The notes beneath the pieces were generated by a model. It ran no database searches, had not been told where the DNA came from, and saw only the letters and a program-made list of their open reading frames with translations. Shown here piece by piece: positions 11,272-22,369 of a DNA stretch of 64,000 bases (position 1 is the stretch's first letter; each line of letters begins with the position of its first letter). The DNA is taken from the NCBI GenBank assembly GCA_963769215.1, contig CAVYKX010000019.1, positions 93,314 through 157,313 of the forward strand. The letters run 5' to 3'. The DNA comes from Candidatus Sulfomarinibacteraceae bacterium. Lineage in GTDB: Bacteria; Acidobacteriota; Thermoanaerobaculia; Thermoanaerobaculales; Sulfomarinibacteraceae. The position numbers were made by a program, and so were the translations under genes.

Positions 11272-12928
11272 CACTTTTCGGCCTCGAGCTCGCGGCCGAT
11301 GCTCCAGTTGCCATCGACCACAGGCCGCCACGGCCGGTGGTCGTTCAGATAGTTACCAATCAGGTCAGCCATCTCTTCCGAGGACCGCCACACGACCTCC
11401 ACCTCGTCCAGATGCGGGAAATGTCCCCCACCGGCTGCGCGGTAAGAGTTGCAGACGAGCGTGAACTCCGCGTGAAGATCGAGTGGCAGGCCTTCGTACC
11501 GCGCGGTCGAGAATCCGCGACCCCTCGGGTCTCGTTGGATCGATTCGATAGTCGATCCCGGCCATGTTGTCGACGTTGTAATGCGGGATGTCGGGGTCCG
11601 TTAGCACCACGCAGCCGCCTTTTTCGGGACAGCTCAGCCCGTCGTAATATCGCGCCGCGTGTTCGAGCACGTCGAGCACTTGGGCTCCGGTCAGGCGCAC
11701 CGCCACCAAGGTGTTGGGATAGACGTAGAAGGCGTTGATCCAGCGCCAGCTCACGGGGCCTGCGCCGAGGGGCGGTGCATGGGCGTTGAGCAGCGCCGCG
11801 AGCGACAGCTGGGCGCCCGAAGCCTCGCGCTGCACCGCGTGCAGGAGGTCCACCGCGGCGCAGTCCTCGAGCCGGCAGCGGTCGACCCGAACGCCGTCGG
11901 TCACCTCGCCCACCGGACCGTCGAGTGCGGTGGCGACCCGCTGATGGGTCAGGGCGAATGCCTCGGTGATGCGGCGGTCTGCCGGCGCTTCACCGGTCGG
12001 GATGTTTTCCCCGGACCACCCATCGATCTTCCATCCGCCGTCCGCCTTGACGAGGTGGAGATCGATCCTGGTCAGCAGTCGGGCGCGCGCGGCCGGCTGT
12101 GAGACAACAACGCCGCGCACGAGGCGAGGCGGGATATCTTCGTGAGCGTGGCCGGTCAGCAGCAGATCGATCCCCGGGACCTCGGTGATCCTGGAGACGA
12201 AATTCTCGTACTCCGTGCCGTTTGATTCGCCGGTCTCCAGGTCGTACTCGAAACCCGTGTGGGCGAGCACCACCACGATGTCGCAGCTCTCCTTTTCGCG
12301 GAGAATCGGGACCCAGAGGCGCGCTGCGTCATCCATGGCTTCAAACTCGAGACCGCGAGTAATTCTCCGCCTTCTCCCAACCGGGTACGTTCGGAGTGAT
12401 GAGTCCGAGGACGCCGACCCGAACCGGTCTGGCCTCGAGCACGATGTACGGGAGGAAGGCCGGTTCGCCGGTGTCGATCTCCAGGGTGTTCGCGGAAAGG
12501 AAAGGGAACCCCGCTTGCTCTTCGGCCCGGCGCAGGACCTCGAGACCGAAATTGAATTCGTGGTTGCCGACCGCCATGGCCTGGTAGCCGATGAGATTCA
12601 TGGCTGCGATGGTCGGGCTCGGTTCACCCCACCGCACGTGAACGAACTGCTCGAAAGGGGAACCCTGCAGGGTATCCCCCGAATCCAGAACCAGCACCGG
12701 GTTCAGCGACTTTTCGCGAATCTGATCGACCAGGGTCGAGACCTGGGCCAGAGAACCCCGGGACGAGGGGCGGTTGGCGTAGTCGTTGAACGGCAGCACG
12801 TTACCGTGCAGATCCGAGGTGTGGAGGATCGTGAGATCAACCGTGTCAGGGGTTGCTCCGGACAGACTGAACGCAGCCAGAACAACCGTCGTCGCGACCA
12901 ACCCCGTAAATACTGAATACCTGTTCAT
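11272..12928 (-). CDS. Secreted 5'-nucleotidase / 2',3'-cyclic-nucleotide phosphodiesterase family metallophosphoesterase; frame breaks near 12355 and 11515
   Basis: Signal-like N-terminus, with metallophosphoesterase motifs HTSDLHG, DSGDTLQG and GNHEFN (ORF 12341..12928). Continues in ORF 11365..12336 (LLTGHAHED) and in a third frame to a TGA at 11272-11274. Confidence 0.75.
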
Positions 12929-13064
12929 TACGGTGTGCAGATCATAGCATCGCCAACCGATCTGCGGGGTGATTGTGTCCCGGGCTCAACTTGGCGCGAG
13001 CCGGCATTCCGCGTATCCTCGTTGGCATGAAGTATCTGCACCGTCTTCCGATTGGATCACCGCT

Positions 13065-14274
13065 GTGAAACGGCTGCGTCTGCTCACGGGAGGCGAATCG
13101 CACGGACCGGGTTTGACGGCGATCCTCGAGGGTCTCCCTGCCGGACTCGAGCTCGACCGTGAGCGAGATCGACGGCCGGCTGGCGCGCCGCCAGCACGGC
13201 TTCGGACGAGGTGGGCGCCAGCGCATCGAAAAAGATGTGGTCACCGTAACGGGTGGTCTGCGCGACGGCCGCACCCTGGGCGGTCCGCTCGTGCTCGAGG
13301 TAACGAACCTCGACTGGAAAAATTGGGCCGATGTGATGGATCCGTGGCAGGTGGATGCCGAGGTTGCGGCCAAGAGAGCGGTCACCCGGCCGCGTCCGGG
13401 ACACGCCGACTACTCCGGCGGAGCCGCTACCGACCAGTTGGCGGACATGCGCAATGTGCTCGAACGCTCGTCGGCGCGGGAGACCGCGGCGCGGGTCGCG
13501 GCGGGCGCGGTGTGCGGCCAGCTGTTGAGCCGTTACGGCGTCTCCATGCGGTCGGCGGTGTTGCGGGTCGGTCCGCACGAAGTGCTTGCGGGCGCCCCGT
13601 CGTGGAACGAGCTGAAAGGTGTGCGCTTTGATTCCCCGCTGGTGACCCCGAAACCGGATCACGAGGAACCGATTGTCGAGGCGATCCGCGAGGCACGCCA
13701 GGCGGGGGAGACCATGGGCGGCATCGTGGGTGCGGTGGTTCGCGGCCTTCCCCCCGGTCTCGGCTCCTACGCCCATTGGGACCGAAAGCTGGACGGCCGG
13801 CTGGCGCAGGCCCTGACATCCATTCACTCGGTCAAAGCGGCGGCGATCGGTGACGGCATCGAGGTTGCTTCGCTGCTGGGGTCGCAGGCCCACGACCCCT
13901 ACGAGCTCGTCGACGGACGACTCGAACGGACCGGCAACCGGGCGGGTGGGCTCGAAGGCGGGGTCACGAACGGGGCCGATCTCGTGGTCCGTGCCTTTTT
14001 CAAACCGATCTCGACGCTCCGCCGGGGGCTGCCGTCGGTCGATCTTTCCACCGGCGAACCCGGAGCGACCGAGTGGGAACGCTCCGACGTGACGGCCATC
14101 GGCGCAGCGCCGGTGATTGTCGAAGCCATGTTGGCGCTGATCCTCGGTGACGCTCTGCTCGAGAAGCTCGGCGGCGACGCGATCGCCGACACGGACGCGG
14201 CGTGGAAAGCGCTGGCCGAACGGCTTGCACCGTGGTGGACGCCGGCACGAGGAATTCTCAATTTTGAATTTTGA
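13065..14274 (+). CDS. aroC: Chorismate synthase; frame break near 13153
   Basis: A GTG at 13065 gives VKRLRLLTGGESHGPGLTAILEGLPAGLEL (in the frame of ORF 12969..13631). This joins ORF 13159..14274 (LARRQHGFGRGGRQRIEKD..., SARETAARVAAGAV, GGLEGGVTNG). The last about 7 codons and the stop are encoded by repeat E3. Confidence 0.9.
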
Positions 14275-14353
14275 ATTTTGAATTTCCGCCTGCCCTCCCG
14301 AAGAACGTGGTGGAGGGGACCATTGAGAATTGAGAATTAAAAACCGAGAATTC
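14252..14353. repeat. Intergenic hairpin repeat E3: (GAATTTT)n - CCGCCTGCCCTCCC - loop - GGTGGAGGGG - (GAGAATT)n
   Basis: Read directly. Overlaps the aroC stop codon (14272-14274). Confidence 0.75.
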
Positions 14354-14397
14354 AATCTCCTGTTTCCCTGCGGTACGTTAACCTATGGCGATGGCCA

Positions 14398-15246
14398 ATG
14401 AAAGAACAAAGATTGGCGGTGGTAACCGGCGCGTCCTCCGGGATTGGTGCGGCAACCGCGAAGGCTTTGGCTCGCGAAGGATGGCGGGTGGTGTTGGTGG
14501 CGAGACGGGCCGAACGCCTCGAAGAGTTCGTTGCCGAGATCACGAATGCCGGAGGGGTGGCGATCGCCGAGGCCCTGGACGGCGCGGATGGGAATGCCGT
14601 CCTTGCGATGGCGGAGCGCGTGCACTCGAAATGGGGCGCCCCGTCACTGCTGGTCAACAGCGCGGGCGCCGGTGTCTGGCGGTTTCTCGAAGAGACCTCT
14701 CCGGAGCAGATCGTCGAAATGATGGGCGCACCCTTTCTGGCTGCGGCCAACGCGAGCCGTGCATTCATGCAGGGGATGCTCGATGCCGGCGAAGGGCTGC
14801 TGGTCCATGTGGGTTCGCCGGCTTCGGTGATGCCGTGGCCAGGAGCCACCGCCTACACGGCCTCTCGTTGGGCGTTGCGCGGCCTGCACGAAGCCCTCTG
14901 CATGGACCTCGCCGGCACAGGCGTTCGCAGCTCGCTGATCTACTTCGGCGAAGTTTCGAGTGAGTACTTCGACGCCAACCCGGATTCTCGCGAACACATC
15001 CCGAGCATCGGCGGCTGGGTTCCAACCAGCTCTCCGGAGCGTTGCGCCGAGGTGATTCTCGAAATTGTGCGGCGCCCGCGAAGGGTTGTGTTCTATCCGA
15101 TTCGCCCTTCGCCTCATGGCCTGGATGGCGGCTGTCGCGCCGGCGCCGACCAGATGGTTGATCAGCCTCACCGGCCGCAGACACCAACGTTAAAACGTTT
15201 AAACGTTCAACGTTATAACGTTTCGAGGTCTCGACATTCCTGCTAA
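14398..15246 (+). CDS. Short-chain dehydrogenase/reductase (SDR) family oxidoreductase; possible C-terminal frame break near 15105 (alternative end 15189)
   Basis: TGASSGIG cofactor motif and a central NSAG. The active-site region reads AYTASRWA (Y-x3-R). In the +1 frame the tail reads LRLMAWMAAVAPAPTRWLISLTGRRHQR*, which looks more protein-like than the annotated tail that runs through repeat E4. Confidence 0.75.
   Translation: MKEQRLAVVTGASSGIGAATAKALAREGWRVVLVARRAERLEEFVAEITNAGGVAIAEALDGADGNAVLAMAERVHSKWGAPSLLVNSAGAGVWRFLEETSPEQIVEMMGAPFLAAANASRAFMQGMLDAGEGLLVHVGSPASVMPWPGATAYTASRWALRGLHEALCMDLAGTGVRSSLIYFGEVSSEYFDANPDSREHIPSIGGWVPTSSPERCAEVILEIVRRPRRVVFYPIRPSPHGLDGGCRAGADQMVDQPHRPQTPTLKRLNVQRYNVSRSRHSC
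15186..15222. repeat. AACGTT tandem array E4 (5 units, period 7-8)
   Basis: AACGTTAAAACGTTTAAACGTTCAACGTTATAACGTT read directly. No adjacent G-core. Confidence 0.7.
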
Positions 15247-15266
15247 CCTTGAGTGGAGAGGGTGCC

Positions 15267-16161
15267 ATGAGTGAACCAGTGATCTGCGGCGACTGCGGCA
15301 AGGAGCTTGCCGAGGGCTCGACCATCTGTGTCTTCTGCGGTTGGGACCAGAGCACCACGCTGGCGCGGCCGCCGCGGCCTTCGCTGGTCTCCCAGCTCAA
15401 GTCGGGTGGTTGGAGGGTCGTGGTTTACGGCCTGATCATTGCTCTCCCTTTCCTCGGGTTCATGCGTCTGCGAAGCACCGGTCCGGGGCCCGATCTGCCG
15501 ACGACGCTGCGGTGGATGGCATTCGGCGATGGTGGGAGAGCGGCCGAGCTGGAGACCATCCACCGCATGCACGAGATCGGATCCGCAACCTCGCGCTACG
15601 GTGTTCGCGAGATGGAGGTTCCTCCCTTTGACGGCGACTGGGAGGAGGTGCTGGCCCCGGCCGCCACGGCTCGGGTGCGCGGATGGATTCCTCTGGTCTT
15701 TGTTGGTGCCGACACCGGGATGGCCCCTGCGTCGGTTCGCGAGATGTATGAGGTGCGATCGACCGACGGCTGGGGGAGGCCCTACCGTGTGACCGCCGAT
15801 CCTCTAGCCCCGCAGCGGAGAGTGGCGGGAGAGCGCGCGGGTGAAGGCGGATCTCGACGACGGTTTGCAGGCCACCTTTTTCACGCTGGACGAACCTGAC
15901 TTCGAGCGCGGCGACTGGCTGCGTCTGGAAATCGAGTCGGCGGGGAAAGACGGCGTCTTCGACACGGGTGACGACATTCGAATGGTCAGCTATCTCCGGG
16001 TCGGCCACGTCTTCCAGTTGCTCTACGACACCGACGAGATCCAGCGCCGTGTCGAACGCGCCTACACTATCGGCCGCCATTACTTCCGCTTCGAGGGCAA
16101 CACCTACGATCTGATAGATGCCCGGTTGCTCGCCGAATACCGACTCACCTCGATTCACTAG
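15267..16161 (+). CDS. Hypothetical membrane protein with N-terminal zinc ribbon; frame break near 15835
   Basis: GGAGAGG RBS then ATG at 15267. CGDCGKELAEGSTICVFCG motif and a TM segment WRVVVYGLIIALPFLGF (ORF 15249..15899). The C-terminus is in ORF 15841..16161. Confidence 0.55.
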
Positions 16162-16271
16162 ATACTCGATACTGAGACTCAACGATCGGCTTTCGCTATC
16201 AGAATTGCCGGGCGGAACACCACCATCGGCTGACCCCCAGTCCAACGTCACGCTAACCAACAGAGCGCTCG

Positions 16272-16344
16272 TGGCGGGCCCTGAAGGACCCGCCTACACG
16301 TGTATTCGGTTTTCTCCTCTAGGCGGGTCCTTCAGGGCCCGCCA
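16272..16344. repeat. 25-bp perfect inverted repeat TGGCGGGCCCTGAAGGACCCGCCTA (16272-16296 / 16320-16344), 23-nt spacer
   Basis: Read directly. Each arm is itself a near-palindrome (GGCGGGCCC/GGACCCGCC). Confidence 0.8.
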
Positions 16345-16402
16345 AGGTCCTGGGCGTGTTCCCACTGTGCCTCACGTCAGTGTCGTGCCGAATTCACTGG
16401 TC

Positions 16403-16450
16403 GGGTGGGTGGAAACGTTCAACGTCTCAACGTTCAACGTTTCAACGTCT
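16403..16450. repeat. Half-element E5: core GGGTGGGTGG + AACGTYN array
   Basis: GGGTGGGTGGAAACGTTCAACGTCTCAACGTTCAACGTTTCAACGTCT, ending 13 nt before the carB stop (16463). Confidence 0.75.
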
Positions 16451-16462
16451 ACAGTGCGAGTT

Positions 16463-19400
16463 TCAGTCCCCCAGCGACGCCGCCCACGCCGGCTGTCCGG
16501 TGGCATCGTCCTGCAGCGCGCGGACCGAGAGTGGTCCGCGGCGCAAGGCAGCCACGGCTTCGGCGGCGGCGTGGGCTCCGGGGATGGTCGTGAAATAGAG
16601 CACCCCGGCGTCGAGCGCCGCTCTCCGGATCGACCCGGCGTCCTGTGCGGCGCGCTGTCCGGCTGCCGTGTTGACCACCATCTTCACGTCACCATCGCTC
16701 AGGAGCTCGGGGATGTCGGGGCGCCCTTCGCCGACCTTGAACACTCGATGAACGTCCGGGAAACCGGCGGCGTGGAGACTGGCGGCTGTGCCCTCGGTGG
16801 CGCTGAGTTCGAAACCGAGTTCCGAAAACCGGGCCGCCAGGGCCGGCAGCCGTCCCTTGTCGCGGTCGGCCAACGACAGCAGCACGCGGCCGTGCTCGGG
16901 GAGGCGCCAGCCGGCGGCCAACGCAGCCTTCGCAAAGGCTTCGCCGAAGGTGCGCCCTCGGCCCATGACCTCGCCGGTGGAACGCATCTCGGGACCCGGC
17001 AGTGGGTCAACGCCGGGGAATCGTTCGAAGGGGAAGACCGGCAGCTTGACCGCGACCTCGGTCGGCACTCCGTCGTGGACGCCGAGGTCGGCGAGCTTGG
17101 CTCCGGCGCAGACCCGGGCCGCCAGCTCCGCCCACGGTGTGCCGCTGGCGCGGGCCAGGAACGGCACGGTGCGCGAGGCCCGCGGGTTGACCTCGATGAC
17201 GAAGACGGTGTTTTCCTGGATCGCGAACTGTACGTTGATCAGCCCGCGAACGTCGAGGGCCAGAGCGAGGAGCCGGACCTGGCGCCGGAGTTCGGCCTGC
17301 ATCTCGAGGGGCAGGCTCACCGGAGGCGTGACGGCGGCCGAGTCGCCCGAGTGCACCCCCGCCTCTTCGATATGCTCCATGACGCCGCAGATGACGACGC
17401 GTTCGCCGTCGGCGACGGCGTCGACATCGACCTCGACCGCCCGCTCGAGGAAGTGGTCGAGGAGGACGGGCCGGTCCGGATCGACCGCGGCGGCACGCCG
17501 CAGGTACCCGGCGAGCTGATCGTGCCCGTAGACAATCTCCATCGCCCGTCCACCGAGGACGTACGAGGGCCTCACGAGAACGGGGAACCCGAGCTCGTCG
17601 GCTGCCACCGCGGCCTCTTCGGCCGAAGTCACCATTCGTCCGGGCGGTTGCTGCAATCCGAGTTCGTCGAGCAATTCGGCGAAGCGCCCCCTGTCCTCGG
17701 CGCGGTCGATGGCGTCGCGCGTCGTTCCGCGAATCGGGATGCCGTGGTTTTCGAGGTCGGCGGCCAGCTTGAGCGGGGTCTGACCGCCAAGCTGAACGAT
17801 GACGCCGATCGGCCGTCTCCGCGGCGCAGATTTCGAGGACGTCTTCGGTGTGGAGAGGATCGAAGTGGAGCCGGTCGACCGCGTCGTAGTCGGTGGAGAC
17901 GGTTTCGGGGTTGCAGTTCACCATGACCGCTTCATAGCCTTCGGCGCGCAGCCCGGCCACCGCCTCGACGCAGCAGGCGTCGAATTCGATGCCCTGGCCG
18001 ATTCGCACCGGGCCGCCGCCGAGAATGATGATCGGCCGTCTCGGCGTCGGCTGCTCGTCGCCGTCACCGAAGCTGCCGTAGAGATAGGGGGTGCGCGCCT
18101 CGAATTCGGCGGCGCAGGTGTCGACCCGCCGACGAATCCGAAACATCCCGGCCTCGAATCGGCGGTGTTCGATCTCCGAAGTTGCCTCGCCAAGGAGTCG
18201 CCCGATGTGGGCGTCGGAAAAGCCGAGCCGCTTGACGGCGGCCAACACCCCGGGTTCATCGATGCGGGCGGCAATCTCGGACTCCGCCGCCACCAACCCG
18301 TTTATTCGGCGGAGGAACCAGGGGTCGACGCCGGTCACCGCCTGAACGCGCTCGACACCCCAACCGCGGCGCAGGGCTTCGGCGAGCTCCCAAAGACGGT
18401 CCGGGGTGGGCTCGGCAAGCCGCCGTTCGAGATCCGCGTCGTCGGCCGCCGCAATCGCCGGCGGCGCTTCCAACGAATCGCGATCGACTTCGAGCGACCG
18501 GATCGCTTTGAGAAGGGCTTCCTCGAACGAGCGCCCCATGGCCGCGACTTCTCCCACAGCCTTCATCGAGGTGCCGAGGCGGGAGTCCGCTCCCGGGAAC
18601 TTCTCGAAGGCGAAGCGCGGAATTTTGACCACCACGTAATCGAGAGCGGGCTCGAACGACGCCGGCGTGGATCCGGTGATGTCGTTGGTGATCTCGTCGA
18701 GCCGGCGCCCGAGCGCGACCTTGGCTGCGATGCGGGCGATCGGGAAACCGGTCGCTTTGGAAGCCAGCGCCGACGATCTCGAAACCCGTGGATTCATTTC
18801 GATGACCACGTAACGGCCGTCTTCCGGATTGACGGCGAATTGGACGTTGGCGCCGCCGGTGGCGACTCCGACCGCGTCGAGCACGACTCGAGCCGCGTCC
18901 CTCAGGACCTGGTACTCGCGGTCGGTCAGGGTCTGGGCCGGGGCCACCGTGATCGAGTCGCCGGTGTGGACTCCCATCGGATCGAGGTTTTCGATCGAAC
19001 ACACGACGACGAACGCGCCGGCCGAGTCGCGCATCACCTCGAGCTCGTACTCCTTCCAGCCGAGAACCGAGGCCTCGACCAACACCTGGTGGGCCGGCGA
19101 GGCCTCCAGCCCCTTCTTGAGGAGGATCTCGAAGCTCTCGCGATCGTGAGCGATGCCGCCGCCCCACCCGCCGAGGGTGAAGGACGGGCGGAGAATCGCC
19201 GGCAGCCCGACGAGATCGAGTGCCGCGACGCCCGCCTCGACGGTAGTGACGGTCGCCGCCGGCAAGACCGGCAGACCGGCTTCCTCCATCGCGAGCCGAA
19301 ATTCCTCGCGGTCCTCGGCGAGGCGTATCGAGCGGGTCGACGCTCCGAGCAGCCGGACACCGAGCCTCTCCAGGACACCGGTCTCTTCGAGCTTGATGGC

Positions 19401-19697
19401 CAGGTTGAGAGCGGTCTGCCCGCCGAGGGTCGGGATCAATGCGTCGGGCCGTTCCTTTTCGAGGACGGCGGTTACGGTCTTGGCGGTCAGCGGTTCCACA
19501 TAGCTGCGGTGCGCGAGCCGCGCGTCGGTCATCACGGTCGCTGGGTTCGAGTTGACCAGAATGACCCGGCAGCCCTCCTCGCGAAGCGCCCGTACGCCCT
19601 GCACCCCCGAATAGTCGAACTCGCAGGCCTGGCCGATGCGGATCGGGCCCGCGCCCAGGATGCACACGGAGGAAGGTTTGGTGTTCACCCGGTCCAC
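16463..19697 (-). CDS. carB: Carbamoyl-phosphate synthase large subunit; one frame break near 17815
   Basis: ORF 17007..19697 carries the N-terminal half ([19 protein letters not shown], two ATP-grasp regions). After the shift the frame reads [21 protein letters not shown]..., joining ORF 16463..17674, which includes the MGS-like C-terminus. Confidence 0.95.
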
Positions 19698-19704
19698 CGC
19701 CCGG

Positions 19705-19811
19705 AGAATTCGGAATTCGGAATTCGGATTTCGGATTTTTCCCCCACCCGCCCGCTGTCGATCATGGGGGGAGGGCGGAAATTCCGAAATCCGAAATTCC
19801 GAATTCCAAAA

Positions 19812-19812
<1 letters not shown>
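19705..19812. repeat. Hairpin repeat E6 filling the carA-carB spacer: (GAATTCG/GGATTTC)n - CCCCCACCCGCCC - GCTGTCGATCAT - GGGGGGAGGGCGG - (AAATTCC/GAAATCC)n
   Basis: Read directly. The arms are about 80% complementary by hand alignment. The right arm abuts the carA stop codon (19812-19814). Confidence 0.8.
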
Positions 19813-20999
<1,187 letters not shown>

Positions 21000-21004
21000 A
21001 CCGT

Positions 21005-21126
21005 CCCCCAACCCGCCCATTTCGGATTTGCGGATTTTGGATTTCGGATTTCCCCCCAACCCGCCCGCGATCGACCATGGGGGGTTGGGCGGGAAATCCG
21101 AAATCCGAAATCCGAAATCCGAAATT
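21005..21126. repeat. Hairpin repeat E7: CCCCCAACCCGCCC - (GGATTTY)n - CCCCCCAACCCGCCC - GCGATCGACCAT - GGGGGGTTGGGCGGG - (AAATCCG)n
   Basis: Read directly. Lies between the divergent carA and ECF-sigma genes. Its core and loop are nearly identical to those of E6. Confidence 0.8.
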
Positions 21127-21158
21127 GTGGATTGTGCGGATCACGTATCGTGGTGTAG

Positions 21159-21728
21159 ATGGTTGATTCCTCGAAATGGGACGAAATCGCGCTGCTGGTG
21201 AGGCGGGCGCGGCGGGGCGATCAGGGCGCCTTTCGGCAGTTGCTGGAAACGCACCGGGATGCGGTCGTGTCGACCTTGTTCGCGTGCGGCGTCCGGTGTC
21301 CCGAAACGGCGCGTGACCTCGCGCAGGATGTGGCGCTCCGGGCCTGGACCAAGCTCGGCTCGTTGAAGGACCCCCGGACCTTTCCGGCCTGGGTGCGGAG
21401 GATCGCCGCCAATGCCGCTCGGGATCATCTGCGGCGAACCGCGGTGCGGCGTGAGGACGAACTCGACGAGGCTCTCGATCTGGATGGGGGCGACGACCCG
21501 CACTCGAAAGCGGAACGGATCTCCGAGCTCCGGCTCATGCTGGCCGCTCTGACCGAGGAGGATGACGAGGTGGTGCGCCTTCTCGTTTCGCGGGCGGATG
21601 GAGTTCCGGTGGAAAAGCTCGCCGCCGCGATGGGTATCAGCCCGGATGCGCTCAAGATGAGAACCATGCGCGCCCGCAAGCGGCTCCGGGCGCGCCTCGA
21701 AAAACTCCGCCGGGGCCCGGAAGGGTGA
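21159..21728 (+). CDS. ECF-type RNA polymerase sigma-70 family factor
   Basis: Intact 189-aa ORF. The region-2-like segment is FRQLLETHRDAVVSTLF...DLAQDVALRAW and the region-4 HTH-like segment is VEKLAAAMGISPDALKMRTMRARKRLR. Confidence 0.8.
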   Translation: MVDSSKWDEIALLVRRARRGDQGAFRQLLETHRDAVVSTLFACGVRCPETARDLAQDVALRAWTKLGSLKDPRTFPAWVRRIAANAARDHLRRTAVRREDELDEALDLDGGDDPHSKAERISELRLMLAALTEEDDEVVRLLVSRADGVPVEKLAAAMGISPDALKMRTMRARKRLRARLEKLRRGPEG

Positions 21729-21772
21729 CGTTACCTCGTCGAAGTGGCTGCGTCTTTGAAAGTGGAGGATCG

Positions 21773-22278
21773 ATGAAGGTGCCCAACTGCCCGGACCACG
21801 AAAACCTGGTACTCGAGCTGGCTCGCGGGCTGCTCGACGACCGGGAGGCCCTGCGCGCGGAAGACCGTGCGACAGGACTGTGCGCACTGCGCGACGTGGT
21901 GGTCGGAGACCTTCGACACCGAAACGGTGGCTGTGGTGTCCTCCGCGGTGGGCGAGTCCTTCTCGGACTTTCGCGCCGCCGGCACGTCGCCGGCGAGCGT
22001 GGCTGGCCGCCGCGGCGGCAGCGGTGCTCGCGGTGGGCATTGGAACGACGACCGTGTTGTGGCGCAATGCCGAGGACGTCAGGCGGGACCGATCGCGGCT
22101 GAGACGAACGGTGCGGTCCTCTCGACCTGGGATTTTGAAGACGGTGTGACGCCTCTGCAGGCCTCTCCCGGCGAGCTCCGATGTGCCGACCCCGGCTACC
22201 GAGCGCGTGGGCGATCCGGCCGTGTTCACCAGCGACCTCGAATCGGGCGATCTCTCAGGGTGGTCCTCACACTCGTAA
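21773..22278 (+). CDS. Putative anti-sigma factor (zf-HC2-like N-terminus, one TM); at least 3 frame breaks
   Basis: GGAGG RBS then ATG at 21773. Begins MKVPNCPDHENLVLELARGLLDD..., then CAHCATWW in a second frame, a TM segment WLAAAAAAVLAVGIGTTTVLW in a third, and a tail ...VFTSDLESGDLSGWSSHS* ending at 22278. Its position directly after the ECF sigma gene supports the call. Confidence 0.5.
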
Positions 22279-22317
22279 CGACGTTCAAACGTTTGAACGT
22301 TCAACGGTTGAACGTTC
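22278..22317. repeat. AACGTT array E8 containing a 20-bp perfect palindrome ACGTTCAAACGTTTGAACGT (22281-22300)
   Basis: Read directly. Lies between the anti-sigma stop and the S9 peptidase start. Confidence 0.75.
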
Positions 22318-22369
22318 TACCGATCTGCGCTACGATCTCTCTGCCCGGTGCACCGGGCTGGGAGGTTCC

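Noticed and set aside
13084-14355. 423-aa ORF antisense to aroC, and similar long antisense or shadow ORFs (21141-22304 minus, 16118-17926 plus, 17799-19817 plus, 25200-26228 minus, 29868-31064 minus, 46818-48008 minus, 59418-60452 minus, 18256-19665 minus)
   Set aside because: Their composition is Arg/Pro/Gly/Ala-rich with no motifs. Each lies opposite a gene with clear family signatures. Long stop-free antisense frames are expected at about 70% GC.
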